A stretch of DNA of 60,967 nucleotides, counting the filler, from Asterionella formosa (Eukaryota): NCBI GenBank assembly GCA_002256025.1. It is 14 parts of 14 records of this genome, joined end to end, with 100 filler letters (N's around TTAATTAATTAA, not from the genome) between each part and the next. Parts side by side here need not be neighbours in the genome. Positions count along the whole stretch, not along the records: positions 48,008 to 52,262 come from NKIB01013628.1; positions 52,363 to 56,615 come from NKIB01013630.1; positions 56,716 to 60,967 come from NKIB01013631.1; 11 more parts are not named here. One strand, 5' to 3'. The notes under the pieces were generated by a model. It worked only from the letters and a program-made list of their open reading frames with translations. It had not been told where the DNA came from and ran no database searches. The stretch's first letter is position 1, and each line of letters starts with the position of its first letter. Position numbers and translations under genes: made by a program. Below, piece after piece: positions 47,908 to 60,967 of the stretch.

Positions 47908-48928
47908 NNNNNNNNNNNNNNNNNNNNNNNNNNNNNNNNNNNNNNNNNNNNTTAATTAATTAANNNNNNNNNNNNNNNNNNNNNNNNNNNNNNNNNNNNN
48001 NNNNNNNTGCTCATGACCTGCCTGCCTATACTTTGTCCCATCCTCAATCCTCCTATTTAAGTCACATTTGTAAAGGAAGACTTTTCAAAATTTAAAAGAA
48101 CAAACATAGATGATCTTTTCTGTCCTTTTCTCTTTGAAGGCACCTGCTGGCAACGAGCAGACTATCTGTTCAAGCCGCCTACTACAAGTAGTGTGCATTG
48201 GTACTAACGTAGCCACTCGGTAATTTCAGACTTTAACTCACTCCTGGGATAATATCAAACAAGCTCTGACAGCATCCATGAAATTTTAATTGCTGCCTAA
48301 ATCTTAGCCAAGAGCAAGGAGTCCAACACCAAGGATGTCATATCGCTGCACTGCAGCAGAATGAAATGATCACCTTCTTTGCACTTGTGGTTGACCACCA
48401 TCACTATACTACTAGTTAATAGAGTCACTAAGATTTTCCATTGGCTGCTCCTCTCTGTCATGCAAATCTTGATTCGCTCGTTCTTTGTCCAATGTGACCA
48501 TCTCAGGAGCAGTTGCATGGCTATCAAAAGTGTAATAACGATGAATTGATAGTGACTATCAGATCAGGGCTGCATACCTTGCATTTCACACACAGCATCA
48601 TCATTTGGCATAATATGTAAAGATATGTACATACCAGTACTTTGCTCCCAGACTATACATACAAACAACTTGGCTATATTTATTACCTATTGTTCCCACA
48701 TGATACTGGCATGTATGTCATGTACCCCCTTTTTTATTTAAATATATTTGAGAAATATATGTAAATCATAAAGTTATGAATGAAATCTTTACAAACAATT
48801 TTGTCCAAGCAAACCCGCCAATGAAAACAATATCACAGCAATGATTCCTATAAGCACTAGTAGGTAACCTTTCTCACCATGAAGAATGATTTATATTTGC
48901 AGGCAGACAATCAAAAAAGACCGTTTCC

Positions 48929-49335
48929 GCACCACTGTATCTAAACAGTATACAATCGGCTAAAAGCAGATGAACGAACTACAAGAAATGACAAAGAATT
49001 CAAGGATATTGACCAACAATGACCGATTTCCATCAAACAGCATTATTAAGCATTATTAAATTCAGGAATGCTTTTGACAATGTTCACGCATCCAAAACAA
49101 ATACAAGCAGACTATTTCTACACCACTGTATCTATGCAGTATACAGGCCTATAAGGTTAATGTTTTGTAGTAGGGCTTATTCCGTCTAATGCAGTATGTC
49201 AAGCAGCCATGATAAATAGCTACTGTACCATAGGTTAGAACTCAAGGAGATTGACCACAATGCCCAAAATCCATCAAACAGCACCCATCATTAAATTGAG
49301 GAATGCTTTTTTTGATGATGTCCATGCATCCAAAT
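48929..49335. repeat. Degenerate ~200-bp direct repeat, two units
   Basis: caccactgtatcta..cagtataca, caagga.attgacc, ccatcaaacagca and ttaaatt.aggaatgctttt all recur in the same order. Confidence 0.7.
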
Positions 49336-49429
49336 CGACCCAGATCAATGGTTTCACACCCTATTATTAAAAATTAACAGAAACGCATCATCAGATTTTC
49401 CTACGACAAAAAACTGTTGAAAATTATTG

Positions 49430-50989
49430 TTACCTAATAATGACTTGTAAATTTTTCATGAATTTATTCACATAATTCGCTGAACATTTGCAAAACACAC
49501 TGCAACCATACTTTTGCTTAAAACACTGACAAGCATTTGCGCATTCTTTCATACACTTACACTGACATTTTGACTTGCTATCTTGAGGATAAAACAATGC
49601 ATAGTAAGCTTGCTGCATACTCATTTTTCTATAATTTTCAAAAGTGAAAGTTCCATCAAGCAAGTATGACTTGTCTCTTTTCATTCAAATATGGCATTTT
49701 TATTTGATGGCAGTTTCTTTAATTGCTCTTTCCACAGCATGTCTTGCATCCCTGTTGATTCCAACAAAATAATTTCCTTGCTAATACGATTTAATTTAGC
49801 ATCACTCCATCAGTATTCACTTGCTGTGTTGAAACAGTATCATGTAGGTCACTTGGTAAGATCAATTCACTATTGATTTGATCGACCATTTCTTTGAACA
49901 TTGTTACAACAAAGGAGAGGCAATTATGTGGATAAATAGCTGATATGTTTACATTTTCAGGTTCAAAAATTGAACCCATGACCAAAATTATACCCATCGT
50001 TTTGAGGTATAATGATTGAATTTTAAATAATCCAGCTGTCCTCTTCTTTAGCCAGTTAAAATTATATTTTACCATTGGAATGGAAAGTTGGCAAAGAATT
50101 CCTTCCAATTAGTTTTGTTCATTTCAGCACATTGGTGATATGATGGTGGAACCAGTTGTTACGAGCTAGATTGATTCCATCATAAATTGTTATGATATTG
50201 GAGTCCAGATTGCTCTTCATCACTGTACGGTGATCATGGCCATGAAAAATACTCACAACCCTTTTTATGTTGATCTTCAAATTTTTTCACATATACGGTT
50301 CTACTTTTTCCAATTTTTCCATTCTCGGTAAGAGACAATGAACAAGTTGAATAGACAAAACATGATAAAATTTTTGTTTTCATATCAGCATTGGTATTTT
50401 CACAGTTAGAGTAGTATACTTCATTGCAAACTATGATTAAATGGTATCCTGAAAAGCAACATGAATTGCAATTGAGTGTGGGATATAGTCTTTTGAATTT
50501 TTCTCCTCCCCAAGTATGAATTGACCCTTCACCTTGCTTCAGTGCTTCTTTAACTGACAAGGCATTTCTTCTTCTTGTTGTAATTTTCCTTTTCCTTTTC
50601 CTTGCTTGTGGATGAATTGAAATGTTTTCATGACTCATAGTATCCCTGTCTAGCTCTTTTTCTGTGTTGCAATTGGCAGAAGATTGCAGCAAGTTGTCTG
50701 TGCCTATGACTGAATTGCATTTGGGAGTAGATTGCAGCAAGTCATCTGTGCAATAATCTGGCTGTTGAAAAAAGTCATTATCCAGATCATCGTTGTGATT
50801 TAGTACTTCATCTGTCCTTTGGCAGTCAATATGGAAAGACTGCTCCTTTTTCTCATGTTTTTCATCATCACTGCTGCTGATATCATCATAGTCACTGGAT
50901 TCCTCATATTCATTTGTACATTGAGCTTGAACACTTGTTCCTGCTGCCGCATTATTATTCCTTGCATTCGATGTTCCGGTTGCAGTCAT
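49430..50989 (-). pseudogene. Disrupted ORF ending in a CxC-type Cys cluster, probably transposon-derived (Ginger2-like C-terminus)
   Basis: KCQCKCMKECANACQCFKQKYGCSVFCKC at the end of three consecutive broken ORFs. No integrase core seen. Confidence 0.4.
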
Positions 50990-52428
50990 TGTTCCGGTTT
51001 CCGCATTTGGAGTTGTTCCTGCTGTCGCATTTTCATTTTAAAAACCTAACTCTACATTATTGAAATGCGTGCAAAGACAAAGGATTCTCTCATTCTATGT
51101 GCACCACTAGCTAGCAGTACTGCTGACAAAGGCTTTGCCAGCTTTGGATAGAGAGGTAACGTGTGATAATTCACTCACCACATACTCGTCATCAATGCTG
51201 TCTTCATTTGGATTCTTCTTCTTCGAAGAATCATGTCGAATCAGAGGAATTAAATCGGTATAAAATTTGGTTGTGCATTGACTTCTATTGAAGATCCACT
51301 GCAAATAGCTACAAGTGGCTACAGGTAAGCATTTGACCAAACAGATCACTATCACTTGCTCATCCTGCAGCTATCTAAATAAATCTAAGTATTGATAGAT
51401 AAATGAGGTTTTGGGTTAAATAAAAATACTATAGGATGAATCATGTGGCCTGCGTCAGAAATATATACTTTCAGCTAATGTAGCTAATTATTCACCAGAT
51501 TTTGAGTGCTCATATCATGTCAGCTGAAATGACGCAGCAGACCATTTTTAGATTTGCTATTAATAGTACAACCATGCCGAAAGAGAAAAAAACACCACAG
51601 AAGACAGAATAATTTCCCGATGCATTCAGACATGAACCCATTTATCAGTCAAGTACATCAGCTGACAAACTGCAAATATCGCTCCAACAATAACTGACAA
51701 ATTAGCTACCTAGCAAATAAAAACGGTATTTTGTAATTTTTGGACTACTATTTGGTGCCAATCAAATCCTAGTAGCTGGCCCAAACCAATTTTTGATTTC
51801 AATCTGAATTGCTATTTGCTGTCATGAGATTGTATCCAACACCACCTCGAAAAAGCATGATGTTGGTGCTGCTTAATCAGGGCAGAAAAATGGGGAGTTT
51901 TGTCTCCCCAAAAATTGTACTATCAAGAAAAGAGGACGCTTGAACAAACCGCTTGGTTGTTTGATCCTGTGAATCATTTGTCGTCATCTGCACATATGTA
52001 GCGGTATCAGGTGCTGGTACCAGGTACCGGTATATATTGTTCGGGCAATACATAGTAAGTACCAGTACCGGTATACTGCTGGTTCTACAGGTAGGTATCA
52101 GGGTACCTGGTACCAGTTACCGGTACTCCGTTCCAAATAGCTGGTCCACCAGGTACCGTACCGGTACCAGGTAATATGTGTGAGACCCGTGGGAATGATG
52201 TACCAGGGTACCGGTACCCTGCTACCGGGTACCAAGTGTTGCGAAAATCGAACGACAGCCATNNNNNNNNNNNNNNNNNNNNNNNNNNNNNNNNNNNNNN
52301 NNNNNNTTAATTAATTAANNNNNNNNNNNNNNNNNNNNNNNNNNNNNNNNNNNNNNNNNNNNGGTACCAGGGGACCACACTGTCGAGAACAACAACAACA
52401 AATAATCTCGGATTTCGCCACAATCAAC

Positions 52429-53350
52429 ATGTCATCAAACCCACATTTCACCAACATGGCACACATGGATTCATATGACCATCGCCCACATAACATTGTA
52501 CAATGTCTAGATGCTAATGTAGAGGTAGAACCAGAGAAATACTTCCAGTATCTTCAGTTTTTGTCTGATTTCGGAAGAACTCTACTCATGCCCACACCAG
52601 AAATACAAGGTCTTAACAATGTGCCTCTACCCCCAAGAGTTAGAGTGAGAGGAAAGAACAAGGTCTGTGAATACATCAATGAAGAAGGGATAATTCAAAT
52701 GATAACTCCTGTGATGTCAAATTGGTATATACTATACATTTCCAGACCAGCAGTTGAATCATTGTCATTTCAAAAGAAATTCCGCCGCAGATTTCGACTA
52801 CCAAACAAACAGTTCCTCCAATTTGTTGATGATGCTAGAGATTCAAATTGGTTTCCTCGCTGGACTCTACCTGATGCAACAGGAAGGGCATCATCACCCC
52901 TTGAACTTATGGTTTTGGGAGCATTCAGGTACCTTGGGAGAGGATGGACTTTTGATGACATTGAGGAGAATACTGGTATCAGTCAAGAGACCCACAGGCA
53001 ATTCTTCCACGCCTTTATTGAAGTTGGCAGTACCATCCTTTACAAAAAATATGTTAGAACTCCAACAAACCCATTGGAAGCAGAGCATCACATGTTTGAA
53101 ATGACACAGGCAGGTTTCCCTGGATGTCTTGGGTCCACAGATGCTACACATGTGTCAATAGAGCGATGCTTCAATCGGCTTTGGAACCAGCATATATCAT
53201 CAAAACTTCCTTGTACAGCCAGGACTTATAATGCTACTGTGAATCATCGCCGGTGGATCCTGTCTAGTACCACGGGGCATCCTTGTCGATGGAATGATAA
53301 AACATGAATCAACTTTGATACTTTTGCTCGAGGCATCCAGAATGGTGCAG
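52429..53350 (+). mobile_element. PIF/Harbinger transposase, truncated
   Basis: KFRRRFRLP, LGAFRYLGRGWTFDDIEE, GFPGCLGSTDATH (first Asp), GHPCRWNDKT (second Asp), then TGA. The C-terminus is missing. Confidence 0.88.
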
Positions 53351-53404
53351 ATGCCTTGATTCAGACTAATCAAACACTTCATTTTCACGTATAAAACAAA
53401 TATG

Positions 53405-53795
53405 TGTAACGATCAACATAGGTTTCACCATTACGACCACTTTCCACATGTTTACATACAGTCTTCTTTCAATGTAGGGTGTATGGGTTTGTCAGAGTGT
53501 TTCTGTTAGGCTGTTGATGTCGACAGGTGTCCGAAGACTAGATGTAGTCTGAGGAATGTCTAAACGGAAATAGACAGTATCAAAATACCAGAATAATATG
53601 AAAACGAGCGGCGCGACACAGATCTTGACCGGTCATTCCAGGGCAGTACTGGAGCGAGCTAGGAAGAAGCGCCATGAATTTCAACATCGGTCCACTCTAT
53701 TGGCTGGGTGCACGCTTGGACTCGATTGGGTAGCCAACGTAGATCTAGTATGCGAAGTTTTTAGTCTAAATGAAATGTCTATATTACGATCTACA
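53405..53795. repeat. Repeat segment, possibly a solo LTR; core 53494-53675 shared with 1991-2175
   Basis: Shared ~180-bp core. TGTAAC...CTACA are plausible ends but there is no clean TSD. Confidence 0.5.
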
Positions 53796-53842
53796 GCTAT
53801 GTAGTAGGTAAAAGGATTGATGCAACAGGAAAATCAAGACCA

Positions 53843-56543
53843 TCAATCATCATTCATCACACTCCGAACGAACTTGTAGTCAAAGTCAAAGGCACATCGA
53901 TTTGTCTTGAACTCATTGATGAGCCGTGTTAAGGCAACATGGCCATATTTGGAATAGCCTTGTTGAGTCTGTTGGTCAACTTGACCATAATCAATGGCAT
54001 GGTAAGCTATTAGGCACTGACGAGCATGTCGTGCGAACTTTCGTATTCTTCGAACTGTAACGATTTGCTCTGAAAGACAATGGCGCACACTTGCATTGAA
54101 TTTTTCAGTATCCCTCTCTGTTTTCTCCATATTCAAATACAACAAGAAATGGAGACTTTTCTGCTGTTAGTTATGGCTTCTAAACCGTCAGTCAGGGGAG
54201 TTCGTGATCATTTCCACAATGCAAAGTTTTTATTCGCGTAAAGAACAAGCAGTGTATTGTTGAATGGCTGAAAGTATGTCTATAGTAAACTCTAAAATGA
54301 CCTCATCAAGATTGCATAGAAATATGGACCACGACAATTAGTGTGTTCATGAAAGTCACTACAAAATTGACGTAGAGGATTTTCTTGCATCTTGAAATGT
54401 TGTACCCTCTCCGAGAATACTGTCGCTCAAGTTTTCTCATCTATTTCTACANNNNNNNNNNNNNNNNNNNNNNNNNNNNNNNNNNNNNNNNNNNNNNNNN
54501 NNNNNNNNNNNNNNNNNNNNNNNNNNNNNNNNNNNNNNNNNNNNNNNNNNNNNNNNNNNNNNNNNNNNNNNNNNNNNNNNNNNNNNNNNNNNNNNNNNNN
54601 NNNNNNNNNNNNNNNNNNNNNNNNNNNNNNNNNNNNNNNNNNNNNNNNNNNNNNNNNNNNNNNNNNNNNNNNNNNNNNNNNNNNNNNNNNNNNNNNNNNN
54701 NNNNNNNNNNNNNNNNNNNNNNNNNNNNNNNNNNNNNNNNNNNNNNNNNNNNNNNNNNNNNNNNNNNNNNNNNNNNNNNNNNNNNNNNNNNNNNNNNNNN
54801 NNNNNNNNNNNNNNNNNNNNNNNNNNNNNNNNNNNNNNNNNNNNNNNNNNNNNNNNNNNNNNNNNNNNNNNNNNNNNNNNNNNNNNNNNNNNNNNNNNNN
54901 NNNNNNNNNNNNNNNNNNNNNNNNNNNNNNNNNNNNNNNNNNNNNNNNNNNNNNNNNNNNNNNNNNNNNNNNNNNNNNNNNNNNNNGTACAAAGTATATA
55001 CAAGGTTTGTTGCATGTATGATGTGTTCCATGTCGAAAATGTAAGTACATCTGATAGATTATGCATCCGATTTCTTGACAAAATGTACAGTAGTACAAAT
55101 ATATTTTTATTTTTCGATTTTCAATATGCTAAGTAAAAAGAGTCATTGAAAATTTAGTTACAAAAAGTTTCTATCATTGATAGAAATTAATATTGATTTG
55201 CTACAAATTTAGTCAAAAAAAGTAACGCCGAGTTCCCCTGACTAACTCATTATGCATTTTCGGACACTTTTATGCAAAAAGTGTAATGGATCTCTTTTGG
55301 AAGTATTGGCCGCTCTCCCTTAGGCCCAACCCACATCTTGGAAAAAATAGAAACTATTTATATATAGCCTCATCTAGTCCAATGAACATTACAGGTCTAG
55401 ATTCCAAATTTTTCCTCACACTTAGGTTGCCACCAAATGGGAGCTCATCAATCTTGTCTTGAAACTTGTAGATTATATCAACATGGTGGTACTCAACCAT
55501 CTCAACTCCGGCATCATCAGTGTTATACTAGTAAAAGCCACAATTCTCTGCAATGTCACCATTGCTTTCTAATAATTTAGAATCTACCTTTGTAATTTGA
55601 ATCCATCTGTGTGTGCGCAACTCAAACGAAAGGTATTTGTTTGTGAAAATAGGCCTGTATGCTATTGTTTCAGGTCTCTCATGACCATCCACAAAGAAAT
55701 GCTTCTCACGTTTTTTGTATCTAAATCCAACAGCATGCATTCATCTAGATATAGTAGTAATGCTAAGAGTTGTTAGACCATATGATGATAAAAAGCAGCT
55801 TTATCTTCATTTGTCGAAGTTGTAGTTACCCCATCATCAACTTCAATCTCAAGTCTTGAAACTAATTCTGGGACAAGTTGATCCACAACAAAATCATGCA
55901 TTAACTCAACCCGCAAATCTTTGATATTCTGGGAGCCATGCGACTTGAATGCTTCCATAGCATCCGGGTTGTCAAGAAAGAAGCGACACAGCCTGGCATT
56001 CTTTGGATCCGGTGGCTTGCTGAAAAATGTTCTATTCAATGCAAATTTGCGATGCCATCGGGACAAAGTCTCAAAGTTAGAGTAAATCTCAATTCCCATG
56101 TCATTACTCTGACTGCCTGCTAAAAGCCTTGTCAATACACAATCTTGCTCCCATGATGACGCTTTCAACTGTTAAGGGAGGGCAGGAACGAATTTCAATT
56201 TGGTGGTGACAAAGAAGAAATAGCTACGTTTCCGATTTTGGAAGGAATGCCTGTAAACTTGCACATGTTGGCCACCTTGAATCTCTAGAATGTTTGATGC
56301 AGAACTCATGAGACAAGGAAGCACCTTGTTGACCACCCTTATCATCGAAGCTAAATGAAACTGTGCTGCATCCTCAATTAAGTATTTCTGGACCATGTAT
56401 AACCGCAATTGGTCTGCTGGTAGCCAGCGATCATGAAGCGCATGATGGTCGCTTATGATGACAGCCTTGAAACAAGTCAATATAAATGGATGGGTGCATT
56501 GTTTGCCATGTGCATCGATGTCTCTTTTGCTCATGATGGTCAA
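53843..56543 (-). mobile_element. Fragmented IS630-Tc1-mariner-like transposase (DGHER-motif family)
   Basis: TLSRWHRKF; GFRYKKREKHFFVDGHERPET; FGGNLSVR..FIGLDEAIYK (~55350-55440); C-terminal RIRKFARHARQCLIAY..NRCAFDFD. Interrupted by stops, inserted DNA and a gap. Confidence 0.7.
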
Positions 56544-56715
56544 AATGGTCAGATACAGCTAGCGGTGCACGTGGCAGACAAAGAAGATCTGGAGATATTC
56601 ACCACCATTGTCAGANNNNNNNNNNNNNNNNNNNNNNNNNNNNNNNNNNNNNNNNNNNNTTAATTAATTAANNNNNNNNNNNNNNNNNNNNNNNNNNNNN
56701 NNNNNNNNNNNNNNN

Positions 56716-56753
56716 CCATCCAACAAGTTGTGTTGGATATTGCTTTGTGATTA
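56716..56753 (-). repeat. Fragment of the contig I LTR
   Basis: Reverse complement matches 35003-35039 (atcacaaagcaatatccaacacaacttgttggatgg). Confidence 0.8.
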
Positions 56754-57269
56754 CTTCTTTTATGTGGTACCCTTCGATAGCGCTAATTGCAACATTAGGT
56801 TCAGTATTCTCCCCATCGCCTGTTTGATAGGAGAATTAGTCGGTTTATTCTTCATTTACTTAGTACCCGGGTTTTTTTTGCTCATGTATGATTTCTTCTT
56901 GGTCATTTTTCGTTCACTTGATACTTGTGATAATATATTGGTCCCAGTACTGGTACTGTATATTATACAGTAAGAATATATCCGCAGATTACCTGTACTG
57001 GTATACAGGTACCAGGTAACGGTATATAATAAGGCTATTTTCTTTTTGCGTGACGACACAACAAATACTGACGCATCATAAGTACATAACGGTACATGCT
57101 TTGATTTGTCTACAATGTGGCCATTTCCATCATTCATGAAAGTGATTAGGATGAGGGGGATAAGGACAACAGTCATGATAACAGCATACACCTGTTATCA
57201 TCCTCTTTTGAGGAAGAAAACACATTCGAAAAGCGCAAGTTTTAAAGAAATTGTTAAGCAATAGGAAAG

Positions 57270-57412
57270 CCAAAGAAGCATGCAACTGGTGGACGCTTTT
57301 TCTTGACCCTTCCATTAAGGCCATATATTTGGAAGAACCAAATGGAAGAGAAGCCAATAGATTCAGGCGCATGTTCATGATCCCATGCTCAGATTCAGAT
57401 GATATCAGTTAA
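57270..57412 (+). pseudogene. Harbinger transposase N-terminal relic
   Basis: EACNWWTLFLDP..EPNGREANRFRRMFMIP parallels NWYILY..KKFRRRFRLP in the 52429 transposase. Confidence 0.55.
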
Positions 57413-60080
57413 TTGATTTGGCTGCTGACAAATGGTGGGTCATTATGGAATTGGTCACCTCAGAGCATAAATTACATGGAGCTCTATTTACCCTCATCTA
57501 AGCCGCAAAATATGCCACTTTTCGAAATTTCATTTACTTAGGAGTGTTAATGATGGGGTACTTGACATCAATTAATGCCACTCTTCCCGTAAAAAAGGTT
57601 ACTTTTAACGGCTTCATGTGAAGTTTTCACAATGAACTTTGAACTCAAGACTGAATTAGTTGATGTTTCAAAAAATTCATTTCAAAGTTCAACTAATATC
57701 CTGCTCTCGTGGCTAATTCAGTTACTGCACGCATCTTTATTTGTGAAATAGTAAGGATATTTGTGGTGTCTTATTTCATGCATGGACAATCTACAGTTTA
57801 TAGTTGTGCACAAAAATAAGGCATACTGTATCCTACATGATGAAGTTTGGTCAGGTAGTGAGTTCAACAAGCTTGGCATCATTGGATTAATTGGAACACA
57901 CAGCCTTCGCAAATATCCCTCAACCCATGCATGAAGGAATGAATGGATGCTCCCACGATGATATAGATTTCCGCAGTTTCTGGAAATGGCACACAAAGTA
58001 AGTAGACACTTACATTGATGTTGATCTCCTTCCATACTATCCTGATGCCAAGGTGGTAGCAGCCCTGGCTGTGTATTGGAGGAGCGGGCATGTAAGTATG
58101 TGCTCAAAGAGAGTTGTTGTGGTGTGACTGGCACTGATGATTGGCTTTTGGAAAGAACTGTTGTGCATTCCAAATAGGTATTCTTCTGCAGTTCCCACGT
58201 GAAGTGGCATTGACGCTAACCAAGCACAGCCACTACTATGGGCCGTTTTTGAGCCACACCTACTACAGGACTACCTACCAGATACACTGACAGAGCGTGT
58301 CAGGTCATCATCCGCATTTGTGCATCGCCTTCCAGCAGCTGCCACTCCAGTGGAAAAAATTCCTATTATTAGTATTACTGGTGCCGCAGAAGGTGAGGTA
58401 TATATTGACGAAATTGGTGTGGATCTCGATCAAGGTGCTGGTAGTACTAGCTAGCTAGTGGTGTATGCAAGGTGGTATGCACCACAAGGGGAACAGCCGA
58501 CAGGGGGTGGAGCACAACGACAACTAGCTGGTCAGCAGAGGAATGAGGTAGTAGCTACTTGGGCTGTATTCAGTGCAGAAGCAAACACAATGAGACATGA
58601 AAGAGATGGATGCAGGCCGGTGCAAATAGTGGCAGGTACTCAAGTCAGCTATGCAAAAGGGGATGACAAAGTTGAATACAAGTAAAAGTCGCAACTGCGC
58701 GCCTTACAAGAATGTCAGACAGGGCAAAGAATGTCAGGCAGGGCAAGCAAAGGTTTAAAGTTGATGGTCTCAAGGTCACCCTGCACCAGCTGCACCCCCA
58801 ACTTTCAATGATGGAAATTTCGAATTTAATTTCAAGCTCCAAGAGTGAATAAGCAACAATCAAAACGACAATGAACAACAACATGAAAATGAATTCGGAT
58901 TTGATGTGGGTGTAATGGCTGGTTGTGGAGCCAGAATACCACCACGGCAGTCTTCTTAGTAAGACTCCAAAGACACTCTTTGTACTCTGCCTGATAGGAT
59001 TTTGAAGTGGGAATTGGTGGTCGAAAGCAAGCATGCTAGGCTGCTATTTACAAGGGTTGAAAGGGGGGCGTGTAAAGTGCCTCTATTGTCGCTTAGCGCA
59101 AGGTCTTGTGGGAAGCAGTGGCACGCATAGTTTGAGCTGGATAGCTATACTGGCTGCTCATGTAGACATTGACCGCATTTATGAGTGAAGCATATGGTGT
59201 TGACCAAACAGTCTTCCAGATAATCAACCAAATGATGAAGGATCGTCGCAACAATGGTGGGCATCCACTTCTACAAGTTTAGTTTCCTGGAAATGACAAT
59301 ACATTGACTATCATTAACACTAACATATATACTACTAGCTAGCTAGATTTTTCAATATTCTACAATCATGATGTAGCAACAAGCAAGTCAAAGTTTTGTC
59401 CTCCACATCGCTCATCATTGCTTTCTTCAGAATCAATTGTGGTGATGGCACCAATTTCCTGTCGAAGTTTTTCCAAAAAGGGTTTTGCAATGTGTCGTCA
59501 TTGGCACTGAATAAAGCCTTCACTTTGCCTTTCTTCAACTTATAATTTGTAACAAGGCCAATGAAGAAAGAGGCGGAAATGATAAACTCAAGAATCTATC
59601 CAGCATTCTGAAGTCGTTGCTTGCAATGCGGCAAATACATCATTTCATGCTTCTCTCCTGTGTGGCCCTAACAAGGTGGCACATTGGTATTCTACAACGA
59701 TACCCTTGTGGTACTGTACGTACAAGTAGGAGCAGCAGTCGATGACACATAGATCTGTCAGCCATACTATGATATACTGGTATTGATACTGGTACCTGGT
59801 GGTACTCCAGGTATGTGGTTTAGGCGCGATCTGCAAGAATCAATCGTGAATTTTTCCTATGTATGAAAGAAGTACCGGTATGTGATACTAGTCTAGCTGA
59901 TGATACATATGATATGTGTGTATCCTGATGATGTCACTGTAAATATGGTACTGAGTGTGTATTATGCAATGATACTACTATGTTAGTCAACACTAGTACT
60001 GGTGGTACCAGGTACCAGATTGCTCGCCCTTACCGGTGCTGTCGCTTCATCCGACTCTTGTAATCTACACCATTGACCCC

Positions 60081-60200
60081 ATGAAGACAATTTTGATTAC
60101 TGGAGGCAACCGAGGCCTCGGCAAAGCGCTTGTTGATCATTTTTACAAGAGGAATTGGAAGGTGTTGGCAATGGCACGTGATGTCAATAATTTGCCGACC
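60081..60200 (+). pseudogene. Short-chain dehydrogenase N-terminal fragment
   Basis: MKTILITGGNRGLGKALV (TGxxxGxG motif). No NNAG or YxxxK downstream. Confidence 0.65.
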
Positions 60201-60967
60201 AGCCAAGGCACTGAAAAAACTGGCTTTGTTTTGTCATTGTCAATGCATCCTTTGCATGTTTGGACACACATAGGACAGCAACACGGTCAACTGCAGCAAC
60301 CTTATGCAAATGTCGACTTTTCAGAAGGATAGTAGTAACAAGTTCACCAGCCATTCAATTTACCTTCCACTCGAATTAGCTAGGGGAACTTCAGGACAAT
60401 TCTCCTCCATCAAATAAGCAGAGTTTCTACATTCTACATATTCAGCATTTCAAATCAATAGCAGCCACTGTAGAATCAAGGTGCAAAAGCAAACGATGTG
60501 AATTGTTCCTGCAATCACAACAACCTCATCGGCAATTCCACTCAATTGGCTCAAGTCCAATGCAGCAGATGTCATGCCAAGATCTCCTTCATCATTGGCA
60601 CTTGTTGCCACCAGCATCATCAAGTTGTTCCAATAGAGCATCAGGATATGCCTTGGCTTCAGCACTTTGATTCCGCTTGTAAATTAAGAGGCAGTGAACA
60701 TATGCATGCCAGCAAGAAATTTTATTATCAGCACCTAAAGTAGCTATCAGATATTTCGGTTATACATCCATACACATTCTATTTCTATATATAGAACATC
60801 TTTTTATGACATAGCCTCCGACTGAAACGTGGTGCATGGGTGTTAAAGTATTACCTTTTGTATAGATCTATATCGTTAGACAAAGAAGACTATAGATAGA
60901 GACGTTCGTTTCTCTTTCCGTTTCTATATTCTTATTGTGAGTTTACTAATCTAGTTTAGGTTGTTCT

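Larger units (their letters stand above)
4273..56715. other. Artificial contig linkers, 13 copies of N44-TTAATTAATTAA-N44 (4273-4372, 8645-8744, 13015-13114, 17383-17482, 21750-21849, 26114-26213, 30477-30576, 34837-34936, 39195-39294, 43552-43651, 47908-48007, 52263-52362, 56616-56715)
   Basis: Identical 100-nt spacer with stop codons in all six frames. The intervening contigs fall in size order from 4272 to 4252 bp. Confidence 0.97.

Noticed and set aside
2403..55098. Long ORFs made of X residues (near 2.4-3.0, 10.7-11.4, 19.2-20.2 and 54.4-55.1 kb)
   Set aside because: They are translations of N gaps.
4273..56715. Regularly spaced TTAATTAATTAA every ~4.36 kb, resembling a periodic array
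   Set aside because: It is an assembly linker embedded in Ns between size-sorted contigs. ORFs and gene neighbourhoods that cross it are artefacts.
57718..59840. Short ORFs in the last contig
   Set aside because: No recognisable motifs. Probably decayed repeats, but I cannot assign them.

Overview
This is eukaryotic DNA, most likely from a diatom (GT-AG introns, Rab1, ZW10, a PPR protein, CoDi-type Copia elements, diatom-type LINEs, TTAGGG repeats). It is not one locus. It is 14 unrelated contigs of 4272 down to 4252 bp in decreasing size order, joined by an artificial 100-bp linker (N44-TTAATTAATTAA-N44), so adjacency across a linker means nothing biologically. Host genes I can support: ZW10, Rab1 (one intron), a Rab5ip-family membrane protein, a Cwf18/CCDC12 splicing factor, a PPR protein, two halves of a probable methyltransferase and a few unknown membrane proteins. 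Most of the rest is decayed mobile DNA: several Copia elements, LINE relics, Harbinger-like, Tc1/mariner-like and Plavaka-like transposases, and a Crypton-type tyrosine recombinase element. The best leads are: (1) a TTAA-targeting, Kolobok-like family traceable across three contigs (shared terminus, a 1.1-kb non-autonomous copy, a KolX-like ORF); (2) the Crypton-like element; (3) a GNAT plus Zn-finger ORF beside a Plavaka-like transposase; (4) a dispersed ~205-bp hairpin element, one copy beside a tRNA-like Pol III box pair; (5) TTAGGG repeats inside a Copia pol frame. All family assignments come from motif recognition by eye, not database searches.
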